DNA of 64,000 nucleotides from Lama glama (GCA_028534125.1 CM052818.1:45324001-45388000), one strand, 5' to 3'. Shown: positions 26,537 through 39,587, numbered from the stretch's first letter. The notes: generated by a model from the letters alone, not told the origin. Program-made: numbers and translations.

Positions 26537-26925
26537 TTTTTTTTCATTTTTCAGTTTTATTAGGTAGAATTTATTTACAGTTTGCACATATGCAATATAT
26601 TGCATGTAAATACACATATACAATATACTGCACGTATTTTAAAAATGTACGTATATGTACTGTTCATTATTTCTAAGAATGTTTAGAGCTTTAGTTTTTT
26701 AAACTTACATAGTCCAAAAGAATAAAGCCAACCACAAAGTAAGAATTAATTCAAAAAGATATATACACCCCACTATTAACGGCATCATTATTTATAATGG
26801 CCAATATTATCAAAGCATCCTGAGTGCACATCAATAGATGAGTGGATAAAGAAGATACAGCATATATGTGTAATGGAATACAACTCACCCATAAGAAAGG
26901 ATATTTTGCCATTTGTGGCCCTTCA
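26537..26925. mobile_element. Short 5'-inverted (twin-primed) L1 insertion
   Basis: - strand tail with AATAAA + A run (26537-26748) joined to a + strand ORF2 3' fragment (26750-26918); cagaa(t/c)ttttttt repeated at both ends. Confidence 0.7.
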
Positions 26926-27499
26926 CAGAACTTTTTTTTAATTGAAGTGTGGTTGATTTATAATTCACTTACAGTATTTAGTTCTTTTTTAAAATTTCTA
27001 TCTCTTTATTGATATTCTGTTTCATGAGGCATTTGTTCTCATACATTTTACTAGTTCTTTAGACATGATTTTTTTGTTTGTTTTTTGGGTTTTATTTTTG
27101 GTGGTGGTGGTTGTTTTTAGTTCTTTGTGCATATCTGTAATAGCTGATGTAAAGTCTTTGTCTGGTAAGTCCAGTGTTTGAGTGTCCTCAAAAAGTAGGT
27201 TCTGTTGACTCCTTTTTCCCTGCTGTGCATGGGCCTTGCTTTTCTTTGGATGTCTTGTAATGTTTGGTTGAAAACTAGATGTTTTAGATAATACAATTTG
27301 GGAGTTATGGAGCTCAGATCACCCCTACCCCAAGTTTATTGTTGTTGCTGTTTGTTTAGTGACTCTCCTGGACTAAGTCTGTAAAATCTGATATCTTTGT
27401 TATATGTGGCCACCAAAGCCTCTGCTTGGCTGACTTAATTGTCAGCTAATGACAGCTTTCCTGGAACCAAAAAGTCTCCCAGCGTTTGTGAAGGGATCC

Positions 27500-28025
27500 T
27501 TATAAACACAAGTCGGATCATGTCACTCCTCTGCTTGGACCCCTCCCATGGCTCCCATCTCACTCAGAGGAAAAGGTAAAGTCCTGCAATGGCCTGCGAG
27601 GCCCTGTCTGATCTAACCCCCTACTGTCTCCCTCGCACCCTCTGTTCCAGCCATGCTGGGTTGGTCTTTGTGATGATCCCCAAACATGCCAAGCAGTTCT
27701 GACCTCAAGGCCTTTGCAGTTGCCAGATGTTCTCATGACTTACTCCCTTCTCTCCCCCAGGTCTGTATTCATTTGTCACTTCAACATGGGCTTCCCTGTC
27801 CACCCCTCTTCCCCTTCCTGTCTTCTCCATCACCCTTCACTGCTTTATTTTCCCCTCAGCTCTTACCACTGTCTGTCATACTGTACTGTCTTTCCTTTGT
27901 TTATTTATTGTTCCCCTTTCTGGAATGTAAGCTCTTTAAAGGTAGATATTCTTGTTTTGTTCACTGCTGTGTCTACAATGAAGAGAAAAATGCTGGACAG
28001 CAACTATTTATTAAATAAATGAATG
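27500..28025. mobile_element. L2 3' fragment
   Basis: 'gatcatgtcactcctctgctt', 'aatgtaagctc', 'cttgttttgttcactgctgtgtct', ends taaatgaatg. Confidence 0.7.
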
Positions 28026-28145
28026 GTGATCTTTGGCATTCTACTCTTAATTTAAGAATGAGGCACTAAATGTGATTGGAAGCTCTTTGTATATGGTGGT
28101 CTTGCCTACTGGTAGTTTTCACGCTAACTCTTCAGCTAATGACTC

Positions 28146-28448
28146 CAGGTATACCTCGGAAATGACACAGGTTTGGCTCCAGATTACTATAATAAAGTGA
28201 ATATTGCAATAAAGTGAGTCACACGAATTTTTTGGTTTCCCAGTGCGTATAAAAGTTATGTTTACATTATACTGCAGTCTGTTAAGTGCAATAGCATATC
28301 TAAAAAGGAACGTATACACCCTAATTTAGAAACACTTTATTGCTAAAAAAAGTACTGACCATCACCTGACAGCTCAGGTTTGCCACACACCTTCAGTGTG
28401 TAAAGAACGCAGTATCTGCAAAGAGTGATAAAATGAGGTCCACGCCTG
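28146..28448. mobile_element. Internally deleted Tigger1 derivative (Tigger1a-like MITE)
   Basis: caggtatacctcgga... and ...gaggtccacgcctg|ta inverted ends; 'gagtcacacgaattttttggtttcccagtg' matches Tigger1 text. Confidence 0.8.
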
Positions 28449-31400
28449 TATTAGAGGATTTCCATATGTCAGCATCGGGAAGTCTGTCTTTGGGAATGTT
28501 TCATTTTCTACAGATAATCCTCAGTTTCTTTCCAGGAATGTTAGGGGTTTAGGGTGGCAGGAATGGAAGCACAGCAACATATGCTTGGCTCCTTGCACTC
28601 TGGTTGCTGAGAAGGGAGCTAGGGTCACCCTGTTTGATGTGTAGGCTGCCATTTAATTGTGCTGATTTCAGCACCTCCACTCAAGTCAGCTGTGTGCGTA
28701 CCCACTCACGTGGAGCATCTTTCCTTCACTTTCTCCAGAGAATTATCCTCTGGCTTCCCAAGGGGTGGTGGAACAAACATTAGGTACTCCTCGGCTCTGT
28801 CATCTCCCCTCTGGTCAGGCCCATCTTCCCAGATACGTGGAGCCTCCCAAGTCTTCCCAAGGCCTCTAAGGGAAGAATCTACTCCCCTCTCTCTGTGTTA
28901 CCCATCTCTGTTAGCACCAGCATTTATACCATGTTAGATTCCTTCACCACTGTATTTTCTTCTTTTGTTATTTTTTGTCCTTGAAGGCTAATACCTTTTA
29001 TATTGATTTATTGTCATTTTAATAGGCTTGGGAGGGAGAAGAAATAAAAATACGTATGTAGTGTGCCAGTTAAGTGTTGCTTGGGGTGTCCTGTCTCCCC
29101 TAACCCTTTGCGCATAGACACTCCAGGATCTCATGCTTGTTTGTACTCACAAGGTGTTACATAGGTTAACTGTTGGTTTAATCAGCTGATGGTAAGAAAA
29201 TGGCATAAACAATCTTTTATTTCCCATTTGGCCTTATTTTATTATCATTTAATTTCAGCACGTAAACTACTTTTCAAAAACTAAATCAAAATTGAAATCA
29301 TGGCAGATAATAATTTATAAATATTTTAAAGTGCTGAAATTAAATTGCTCTTTTGCTAATCTGATGTTTAGGAGTGTGAGAACAAAGCGCTACAAGTAGA
29401 GTACCTTCAGATGACTCATAATTACTCATGTAGATGCATGTAAACCTGGATATGCAATTAGGCAGCTCATTATGTTGCAAATGCAATTACATGCGTAGAT
29501 TCATGGCCACTCCCTCGGCTCACCCAGCTGTCTCCCTTGTCTCAGACTTATGATCAGTTATTATTAAGCCCCAGTTGTCAGAATTTGAAAATACATGCTG
29601 GTGCTAGTGGTGCCTTTCAGCTAATAATGGAGGAAAAGTTTGAAAAGAAAGTTTTCGTTTGAGTTTATATATTGCAGAGTTGGCAAAATCCCATTTTCCT
29701 TCTGGAGAGCAGGCTATCCATTTAGAAAAATTATCATTAATCATAGTAGTAGTTAATGATATTTACAGTATAGTATACCTCCATCGTCTCTGATCTGCAA
29801 TTCTGAAATCCAAAAAGCCCTGATTTTATTCTTTTTTAATTAAATAACTCATTGGTGGCAAAACCTGACCTGCTTCATTAGGACTCAGACCTGACAAGTA
29901 ATTACTAGGCTCTTTCTAGTCTTTATTTATCCAAATCACTGGTGTGAGTATGTATGGATTTTCAGAGAGTTATTAATATGTTTGATTATGGACCACTGCC
30001 CCAGACTCCCCTGAAGATTTTAGATAAATACAGTCTACGTACAGCGTTGCCTTTTGAAAATGCAGAAAATCCTGAATTTCAAATGCTTCTTTGCCTCAAT
30101 AGTTTCTGATAAAGAGTTAAGGCCTTATGGTAAGAGTAACAGATTTCAAATTAGATGAGTGTTAAATTCTGGTAAGGGGTGGAACTCCCCACCGCTTAGA
30201 GCGTGAGCTCTGGGCCCTCACTACGGTTGTTAATTTTGCTATTCTTATCATTGTTTTTATTACTGTTCTAGTTCCAGAAACTGATATTTATTTTTACATT
30301 TAGAATGTCCTGAAAACAGTTCTATAACAAAATAAATAGATAATTTACATGGTAGCTCAGTGGTAAAATTATTTTTTATTTAAACTCCATTGTAGCTTAT
30401 CTGTTCAGTGGTGTCATTATAACCTAAATAATGTTTAAATTGAGTTTCTAGGATTATAGTGCTATAAGATCACTAAAAAGTAAAATTGATAATTCTTCTA
30501 ACAAAGCATCTTCCTTATAATTAATAATGAGTAAAATATATATTAATTTTCTATAACATTAAACTCTATTTGGTATGGCAGTTGTTTTACTGAATACAAA
30601 ATCATAACCCGTTACCATTTTTCAAGGCCTAGTTCAAATGTCTCCTTCAAAGATATCTTGATCTCCTGCCTCAGCAGATAGAGGGCTCCCCAGAAACATT
30701 CTAGAATTTCTCTTCTGTGGCACTAATCACATTATGTTGTACTTGATTGCTTTCTAGACTTTATATTTGACAGTAAGCACTTAGCTTTTAGTAAGTTTTG
30801 GAATGAATGAGTGAAGTTGAGGAAATTAAGAATCACTAGTCCTTCACACAAGTGTTGTGTGTGAATTAACGTTTCCCATTTGGTTTCATTCTGCTACCTA
30901 ATGTTATAGAGTATACTGTGCCTGGAACATAATAAATGTGAAACTCAAATATGTGATGAATGAAAATTGAAGTAAAATCTGCCTCCTTACATTTAGCGGG
31001 TCTGGTTGTATTCTCTGAACTTACAAGAATATACTTAAGTCCTTTTCCCACGTGATACGTTATGCTCTCTTACACTGTCACCATTCTCTTTTCAGTGTTC
31101 ACTCAGACCCACTTCACACTGTATGCTGTAATGCATTCTGAAAATTGTGTAAAAGAGTATTTTTTAAAAATCAGCTTTGGGATCTTATATACTTCTGTGT
31201 GTTCTAATATAATTATATATCAGTTAGAGTTTCTCATGCATAAGCCCATTTGGTTCAAAGTTATTGTGGGGAAGAAAAAGTTACTTATTGTGTGTTGATA
31301 CAGTTCTACCAAATGGAGTAATTAAGAATTTTCTTAGTTTTAAAAGTTTTTAAATTGTTTTTAAATCATTAGTTTAAAACTCAAGATAACAATTTCATAT

Positions 31401-34400
31401 TTAATTACCATTTTATATTATCAGTGATTTTCATTTTGATAGTAGGAAATATTCAGTAGCATTAAAAGTAAATAGGATACATTATAGCATTTATACTGAA
31501 TTAGTACAATTTGGTTCTTTGTCTCTAATAGTACTTTGTTGTTATTTTAATCCCCCTTGATCTGTTAAAAACCATCCATCCAGTAATCCTCCATACTTAT
31601 TTTTGCCTTAGCACAACTTTGTGATGTGGCATAGTGGTTTTTCAAAAGTGGAATGGGGCCAAGGGTACCCTGCTCTATCAGCCCCCTAAGAATTTTAATA
31701 TTCATTGTCTTTCCTTCCCACTCTTAGTCATATTTGTCCATTACCAGAAAATATGAGAATTTTGAATTTTTAAATTAAGCAAATATAATTAGCATCTTAA
31801 AGGTAGATTGTAATCATAGAGGCAGATGACCTTGGGTACGTGGCATGTATTTTCATGTACTTGAAACTTGGTTCTTCTGCCTAAACGGATTAGAGCAAGT
31901 AGATACTTGGCTGCATTTGAGTCAAGGCTTTCCTATAGCATGCTGATAAAGATTCTTTCCTGTTTTGGAGGATGGAGTATTTCCATTTAGATTGATTGAT
32001 ATGATTGTCATTAAAGTTGCTGAGGGACTCACAGTATTCCTTGATAGCAGTTTGATGAGTCAGATATCCAATTCCTTACGTTTACTGGGTGTGTGATTTT
32101 AGGAAATTCTTATACATAGAAAGTGGAAGATCATTAACAAACAATAGAAGTTTAAAACAGATCAGTCTTCATCAAGTTTCTGAAATAAAACTCTTATGGT
32201 GCATAAAAATGTAGACAATCAAGCGATAAGTTTTTACTGCAGTATAGTATATAGCAGTATAATGACAATACAGAAAACCTAGAAAGTTTTGATGTAGTAG
32301 TAATAGTATGCCAGTTGTTTAAAAACATGTTGTCTTCAAGTTGTAAAGCCTGAATGTAAGAATAAATTAATATATTTTAAGTAGTAGTTGAAAGAGGAAT
32401 GTATGTATGAATAGAGACAGCAAAGAATTTTTACACAGTAGTTAGTGTTTTGGTCCTTATAGGAATATCAGAACTGTGCACATGGTTGACCCTTCCTTAT
32501 TGGTTAAGTGACCACTGTTTTGCAACTTAATGGTAGACCTTTGAGGAAAGCTCTAATGTGGATAAAACCTGCAGTTAATACCAGTTAAATCAGTAATTTC
32601 AACTTTGTTATGGTAATTCTGATATTTTTTTCTCTGAATAGGAAGTAGGGAAACGTGATTAATAAAATCAGCCCATTAGATTTAATTTTGTTTTTGATGG
32701 AAATATTTCCTCCTATAAAATTTAATGGCCATGAATTTGATTGCAGAGATTGTTTACCATAACCAGACCTGTCCCTGGAGAGGCAATTTAAAACAATTCC
32801 GTTGGAATCCAGATAACTAATCAAAAAGGATGTTGTGAAACATTATAAAAAAGGTCTATGTGAAAGTAAGATCTGGTCTGATATTATGATATTCCTACCC
32901 CTCACCCCCCAAGAAAAGTCAGTAAACACAGTGTAATAATCTATCCATTGTCTTTGAAGCCCATGTTTAAGACTGATGTAAGCTTTAAAGGTGGAACTAC
33001 TTTATTATGAGGCCCTCTGGTAACCAGTGCTCCCTTGTATAAAAGGCAAAATAAATCTGACTTTCATCAAAAAGTGTTCTTATATCCAGTAGTTTTATGG
33101 TGAGGTATTTCAGTGTTTTTATCTGAATAAGGACAGTTAGAGAATTCAAAAAATACTTTCACCAAACAGGACCCTCTGAGTCTTAATACTTTGTGCAATG
33201 AAATTCATGAATGTATTCATATGTGCTTTATATGTGAATGGATTTATTTATGAAACATTTATTGAACACCTACTACTTGGCAGGGAATGTTCTATGTACT
33301 AGAAATTAAGCACTTAAAACAGATGAAGCTTAAACCCTCCCAGGAGGACAGTATCTTGGATCTTACATTCTAGAAAAGTGCTAGTAGTGTATTTTCCTCC
33401 TCTCTAAAAGAGGAGAAGGTGGCTGTCCTCGGTTGTATGCCAGTATATGATAGAGCTTTGCTTTTGCGGATTTATGACTGACAGGAAGCAGATACCCTTG
33501 TAGTTGCAGGTGCCTAAACTCTGACTCTCAGAGGATGCCCCATGGTTTTCCTAGCTTGCTCATGTGTTCATTCCAACCTGAAGTCCTTTCAGATATACTT
33601 ACTGGGTACCCCAGCACAGCCTGTTTCATCCAGCCCTCACCCGTCTCCCCCATGGACTCAGCACAATCTCAGTTCACTGCTTTAAATGCCTGAGCATGTA
33701 TGCGCATGCATAACGTATGCTCAGCTAGGTTTTTAACACCTGGGGGGAGAAGAGAATGATCGGGGACTTTGGTTTAGTGCAGTGCTTTGTATGTAGGAGC
33801 AATTAATATCAGTATTTTTTGACTTCAAGCTACTGTCCTAAAATTGCTCAAGATAATAGCAATTTCTTTAAAGTGGTCTACACTGAATTTTTTTTAAATG
33901 CCTTGCATTTCTTGAAGGTTTGTCTTTGATGGTCATTTCTGTTTTTAAAAATTGTATAGATTATATGATTAAGAAACTTCTTGATGGGACTTTTTAATGC
34001 TCATTAAGAGTTGTTTTTCGTGTTTATGAGCCCCATAGCCTTTGGTGGGAGTGGCGGGGTCACCTTCACTAATCAGGCAAAGTAATGTAACTAAATTAGA
34101 GTGGCACTATCTAACATCTGCTTTTTTTCTTTTTAATGATTAAAGAGGGTATTAGGGTCTGTGTTTCTTTGTTATAACTCTCTTTTGCCTACCTTTCCTT
34201 CTCCAAAAAGGTTAAGCTAGATTTAATAATTTCCCTTACGAGTTTTGGGTTTTTTTTTCCTGTATAATTGATTACTATCAAAATACACAGGCAAGCAGTC
34301 AGTGGAAGTTCCATTTTGTAAGAGCCCAGTGCTCTCGCTTCTGAATGCCTCCCCTACGAGAGAGGATTTCAGTATTGTGGCTTTCCCACTGAGTGTCCCT

Positions 34401-35138
34401 TCCTTTGGGATATGCATTGACCTCAGTGGGCAAGGCATCTGCTGGGAAAGATTTGTATCAAGGGCAAAAAAGCAAAAAGCAGTCACAGTATTTTATGGAA
34501 CTAATTGAATTACAAATTGAAGTATTCATATTTTATTACATGGTTATAAATTCTGTTCAACCCTTTGTTCCTCAGCCTTTCACTGGGACTAATTGTGGAT
34601 CCTGGCAACCCATTTTAGATTAAATCTGAAGAATTCTATATACAGAATTTTAATTTTGAATGAATTAAGTGAAATGGACCATATAAGATAAAATGTAATG
34701 ATCAGGTAGTTAGTTGATAACCCTTAAATTTTACATTTTATACTTTGTTTGTCTTGAGTGGCAAACTTTAAAAATCTGGTATACCAAGTATGCTTTTGGG
34801 GATGCTAGTACTGTTCTGAGTGAAAGAGATGATAGAAATATGGATGAATATTATTATTAGTACCTGAAATTATTTGTATTTTCATAGTTCTTATGTAAGA
34901 ATATTCACTGATATCATTGTATCCCAACCTGAGATTTTATTCCTTTATAAGCCTAAATTCTTCCTGCTTTGTTTATTCTCTTTCATTGTAGACTTGATTA
35001 TGCACATTGCAGTTGTTTTTCAGCACTTGTGATAGAATCCAGGGTTTTAAAATTATATTTAAGGAAATTCGGTTGTAAAATAACGAGCTCCTAGTTGACA
35101 TGGTGAGAGTGTACGTTTGCTAACCTTTTAATCTGCAG

Positions 35139-35265
35139 GTTTTAGGTCCTGCTCCCAGGTGGTGTTCCTTCTTAGACAACCTGACAGAAGAACTAGAAGA
35201 GAATCCAGAAAGCACAGTTTATGATGATTACAAATTTGTCACCAAGAAAGACCTTGAAAATTTAG
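35139..35265 (+). CDS. NOL10: NOL10 exon (127 nt), [42 protein letters not shown]
   Basis: ctgcag| acceptor, |gtaaaa donor; conserved [20 protein letters not shown] motif of NOL10/Enp2; not in the ORF track (no start codon). Confidence 0.97.
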
Positions 35266-36939
35266 GTAAAAAAAAAATTATGAAATGTTTATTAAATTAT
35301 TTCTACTTGGTTTTTTTTTTTTCAGTTTTGAACATTAGAAATGATGGAGTCACACTTGTCTGATATTCCAAATCTTCTCTTTCTGACAAATCAGATATTA
35401 AACATAGTATATATCATCAAGTTTATAATCTCTGCTTAGAAAAGATTCAGATAAATTCAGTTTACTGAAGCTTTTTGTATCTTATGTGAGGAATAATTTT
35501 TTTAACCTACTACCTATGTATAGGGAAAACATCAGTCAAGGAAGCAGTGATTTTTCTTTTCAAGTACTATTTGAATATAATAAGATTTTGAGAAATTTCA
35601 GAAACTGCAAGTAAATGATTTTTGGCTCCCTTCTAGGTTTGCTTATTGAGAGATCTAATCCAAAACTTAGAACCCGTAGGTTGAATTCTCAAATACAGAG
35701 AACCTGAGCTAGGTTTAAAGAATACAGACAAAGAAATGTTTCTCAATAACCACCAACACTTAAATAGGGCTTACGTGCACCGGGCAGTATTCTGAATATT
35801 TTACATACAACTCATTTAATCCTCCAGCTATGGAGTGGATGTTATTATGATTTCATTTTAGAGGTAAGGAAATTGAAGCACAGAAGGATTAAAGTATCTT
35901 GCAAAAATCTTCAGTGGTCGTAAATGTGAAGGTTAGAATTTAAACCTAGAGTCTGTGTTCTTAACTTGAGCCATAGTGACCCCTCTGAAGAACAGATTTA
36001 TCTTAGTTGACTAGTCTAGTTTGTAGGATAATGAGAATAGATTTTACCAATCTTGTTCTATCGTTGGGAAAAGGCTACTTAGCAAATTGTTGAGAATGGG
36101 AAGACTTAGAGGAGCCATTCTCCGCAAGTCTAGGCAACTTAGTTGTCTTTCGAACAAATAGATGTACAGCAGCAGCTGAATGGTTGAAAAATAGAATCAT
36201 GTAACAGATTAATAGAGAGATTCTCAAACTTTATCTTTAACCTATATCTTACAGCACAGTTAATCCAGGCAGAATTATTTTCTACCATTTAACCACCAAA
36301 ATAATCCTTTAAATTTTAATGTGTTTTAAAAGACAAGAGTTGTACTTAGCCTTTAAAAGAACGACTTGTGAGTGAAATAGGTGTTCCTACTGAAGTGGCT
36401 TCTTAAATATCTGCAACGTGATTTTTGCAGTAGGTTTGTCACACTCACCTATGTTCTCAAATTGGAGAATAAAAAGTCATTGCTATTTTGTGGATTTTTA
36501 AAAACTACTGTGTTTAGTGTACTTTGGGTGCTTTTTCAGTCTCTTTACTTTGTTTACTTTGGGTGAGGAAGGCAGTTATAAAGGTTTAGATATAAAATGA
36601 TAAAATACATTCATACTGCCTAATTTTAAAACTATGGAAATAGATATAGTATTCAACAAAGTAGTTATACTAGAAATTATTTTTAGGTAAATTAATATCT
36701 TTTCATTTTAAATGAGCCATTGGTTATTTTTCAACAGATTTTACCATCATATATAGAACCTTTAAATAACTTATGTGAAAGTAAAAATTAGGCCAAATAA
36801 TTTCCCTTATTTCTTACGATTATAGCATTGAGTACTTGCAAGTTCTGACTTTCCCCAGCTGTGCCCTTTAGCAGACCCTATAGCATGGTTTCGTGGACTG
36901 CTGCTTCTGTAAGAAGTGCTGGATGGGTAGCACCGTGGC

Positions 36940-37170
36940 TGATGTCATGGGTGTCAGAGAGAGGCTGACCTGGGTTCGCATCCGTCCTCTCCCACTGTAT
37001 CTGTATGCCTTGGCCAGGTTTCTTAAGCTCATTATGCCTTGGTTTCCTCATATATAAAATGGCAATAATAATAGTTCTTACCCATAGGGTTGCCTGGAGA
37101 ATGAATCAGATAATGCCTGAGAAGTACTCAGCACAGTACCTACACGTAATACATGGATGTTACCTATTAT
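36940..37170 (+). mobile_element. MIR
   Basis: 'gccttggtttcctcatatataaaatggcaataataatagttcttacccatagggttg'. Confidence 0.7.
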
Positions 37171-37671
37171 TTTAAGAGATTTGTGGCAAATAAGTTTGAG
37201 AAATGCTATGTTAAGCAAAGTTAAATCAGTTTCTTACGGACTTCTTTGAGCCTTCACTGTCACCCGATACTATAAACCTCTGGGAGGGGAGGAAAGTATG
37301 AAACGTTTCCCAGACTTAATTGATCATAGAGCCTCTGCCTCCTCAAAGATGTCTTAGTGTTCTGTGCAGCCAATGATGAGAAAAGCTACCTGTCAGATTC
37401 TCTGTTTAAAATTGTTTTAACGTGAAAATCTGCTGGTTTTTATTTATGACCTAACTTGGAATAATTCTGGGCCATGAAAATAAGTTTTATATACTTGATA
37501 GAGGAAACACAAATTATAAATACCTGTGCAGGCACCTAAACGCAGATCGCTGTGCATTTGGACATTTCGTTAAGGTTCAGCTCCCCCGCCCCCACCTCCC
37601 AACCCCGGCTTTAAGTTTCTACTTTGAAAATCCAAACCCTGTAGTTTTACTTATTAATTTTTCTCTTAAAA

Positions 37672-37807
37672 TTTTTTTTATTTTTTGGGGAGGGGGGAGT
37701 AATTAGGTTTATTTATTTATTGATTTTTAGAGGAAGTACTGGGGATTGAACCCAGGATCTTGTGCATGCTGAGCATGCACTCTACCACTTGAGCTATACC
37801 CTTCCCC
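37672..37807 (-). mobile_element. Camelid tRNA-derived SINE
   Basis: Same family as 12795; TSD-like ccaaa(a)ccctgta on both sides. Confidence 0.8.
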
Positions 37808-38831
37808 AAAACCCTGTACTTTTATTAACCTAACAAATTCTAAGAAAATATTTTTCTGACCAAGTCTTGTAATTACTTTTTGAGATTATCGTAATTTTTG
37901 CCTTTTGATATTGTTCTATAATGTATACTGTTCTGTGCATCTTTGTGATTTTTGCCTAGTACATGATTTTTAGGTCTGGAGGGATGTTTATTTAAAAAAT
38001 TTGGGAATCACAGGGTAATTTTTTCCTTGGAAACATAGTCACTTAGTGTTATACCAACTAAAGCTGCTGTTCATGTGAGTATATCACAGGTGGTCTTATT
38101 TTGAAGTTGAATATTCTTATAACCTTTCTCTTTGTAAATATTTGCAATTTATACTTTCTGACATAAGCAGAGCTCTCTTATGTGATATGACCACCACTAA
38201 TTGTGAATGAAATCTGCTAAATCTTGGACACCCTATGAAAGGTATTGTTTAAAACCTGGTTCCCAAACACTGATTAGCAGTGAATTTTTCATTCATCCAC
38301 AATGAAGTATGTGTGTATATAGTATTTATTTTGATACAGACTTGCTAACTGTTCTTTCTTGAGAAAAAACATGCCCTTTCTACACCGTTGTTGTGACAGT
38401 GTTCTTTGGTTCTGGAAATTATGGGTGATCACAGTGGTCTTCCCTCACTGCCATCACTGTTCCTCCTTGGCAGTATGAAAGTTGACAACTCAGCGTTGAT
38501 CCAGTATTATTTTTAAAATTGAACTGGTTTGTGGAATCCAAAAATCTTGAGAACCACTGGTATAGGGAGCTCCCCACCTTTTTTTTAACCAGTCTGTCAT
38601 AGTTCATAAAGACACTTCCATTATTTTTATGCTTAGTGTTGATATTAAAAATAAGTAAAGATGATATTGCTGAAGTAGGTTAAAATTTTCTTCACAGTTA
38701 TGAAGATTAATAATTCTAATCCTTAAATTTTTACTCAGAAGTGAAATTACAGTCAATTTGTCCATGAAAAATTGTTGAATTTTAATCAAGATTTCACAAG
38801 GGCCTGCCCTCTCCTGATTAACTTTTCCCAG

Positions 38832-38911
38832 GGCTCACACATCTCATCGGATCACCTTTTCTCCGGGCATATATGCATGGATTTTTCATGGACATAAGAC
38901 TCTATCACAAG
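38832..38911 (+). CDS. NOL10: NOL10 exon (80 nt), GLTHLIGSPFLRAYMHGFFMDIRLYHK
   Basis: ttcccag| acceptor, |gtaaat donor; phase matches the previous exon. Confidence 0.97.
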
Positions 38912-39111
38912 GTAAATACAGAACTGCAGTCGTTTAGGTGACTCAGGAGCAGTCTATAGCCATTTCTTTTCTACTTGCTTGCATTTCAGTAAAACATACC
39001 TAAGATTTGTAATAAGAAATCTGTCTATTCTTTGGCTTAATATTCATGGTGTATATGAAACATGCTGCTAAATACAATTCCCTTATTTTTAATTTTTTTC
39101 ACTTTGTAAAG

Positions 39112-39210
39112 GTGAAATTGATGGTAAATCCATTTGCTTATGAAGAATATAGGAAAGATAAGATTCGACAGAAGATAGAAGAAACACGTGCACAGAGAGT
39201 CCAATTAAAG
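39112..39210 (+). CDS. NOL10: NOL10 exon (99 nt), VKLMVNPFAYEEYRKDKIRQKIEETRAQRVQLK
   Basis: taaag| acceptor, |gtaaat donor; lies in ORF 39046..39336. Confidence 0.96.
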
Positions 39211-39587
39211 GTAAATCTTGACTCATCGTCGAATTTACTAGAGAAGAGAGCACTTTGTTTTCATTTTGTTTATTATTCAAAGAAAGCTGCCGTCCATTTC
39301 TTAGTTTCTCCATCCTTAGTTTACATCTTTTATTAATACTTTTGATATTTTATTTTGTTGTGAAGGTGGATACTCTACAGTTGTATCATTGTGGACTCTG
39401 TGCTAATGTCATTGTCGAAAATAATACCAGGTGAACTGATACAGTCAGCTCTACAAAGAAAATCTGATGCTATTTTCAAATAAGTTTAGATTTTGGAGTT
39501 TTGTGGCTCTGCTAATCCCATTTCTTACTGATACTTGCTCACATCTTAGGCTAGCTGCTTGGATCATGGGAAGAGGTCATTAGACTA

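Larger units (their letters stand above)
21320..27480 (-). mobile_element. Ancient L1 (ORF1 region) split by two younger L1 insertions; pieces 21320-21651, 26434-26535, 26930-27480
   Basis: ORF 21502..21735 ends QSLRDSWDVIKQINTHITEVP (ORF1p-like); the sequence resumes after each duplicated target site. Confidence 0.65.
230..34445 (-). pseudogene. Putative decayed multi-exon gene (C-type-lectin-like + FN3-like modules) nested antisense in NOL10 introns
   Basis: Candidate exons (-): 32816-32758, 32084-32033, 31959-31907, 29620-29524, ~20566-20460, 18511-18430, 11965-11889, 11793-11572, 10262-~10100, 7861-7690, ~6970-6800, 2395-~2225, ~1790-1625, 1564-961. Most have AG/GT boundaries, several junctions are phase-compatible, and there are stops and frameshifts. 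Read by eye. Confidence 0.55.
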
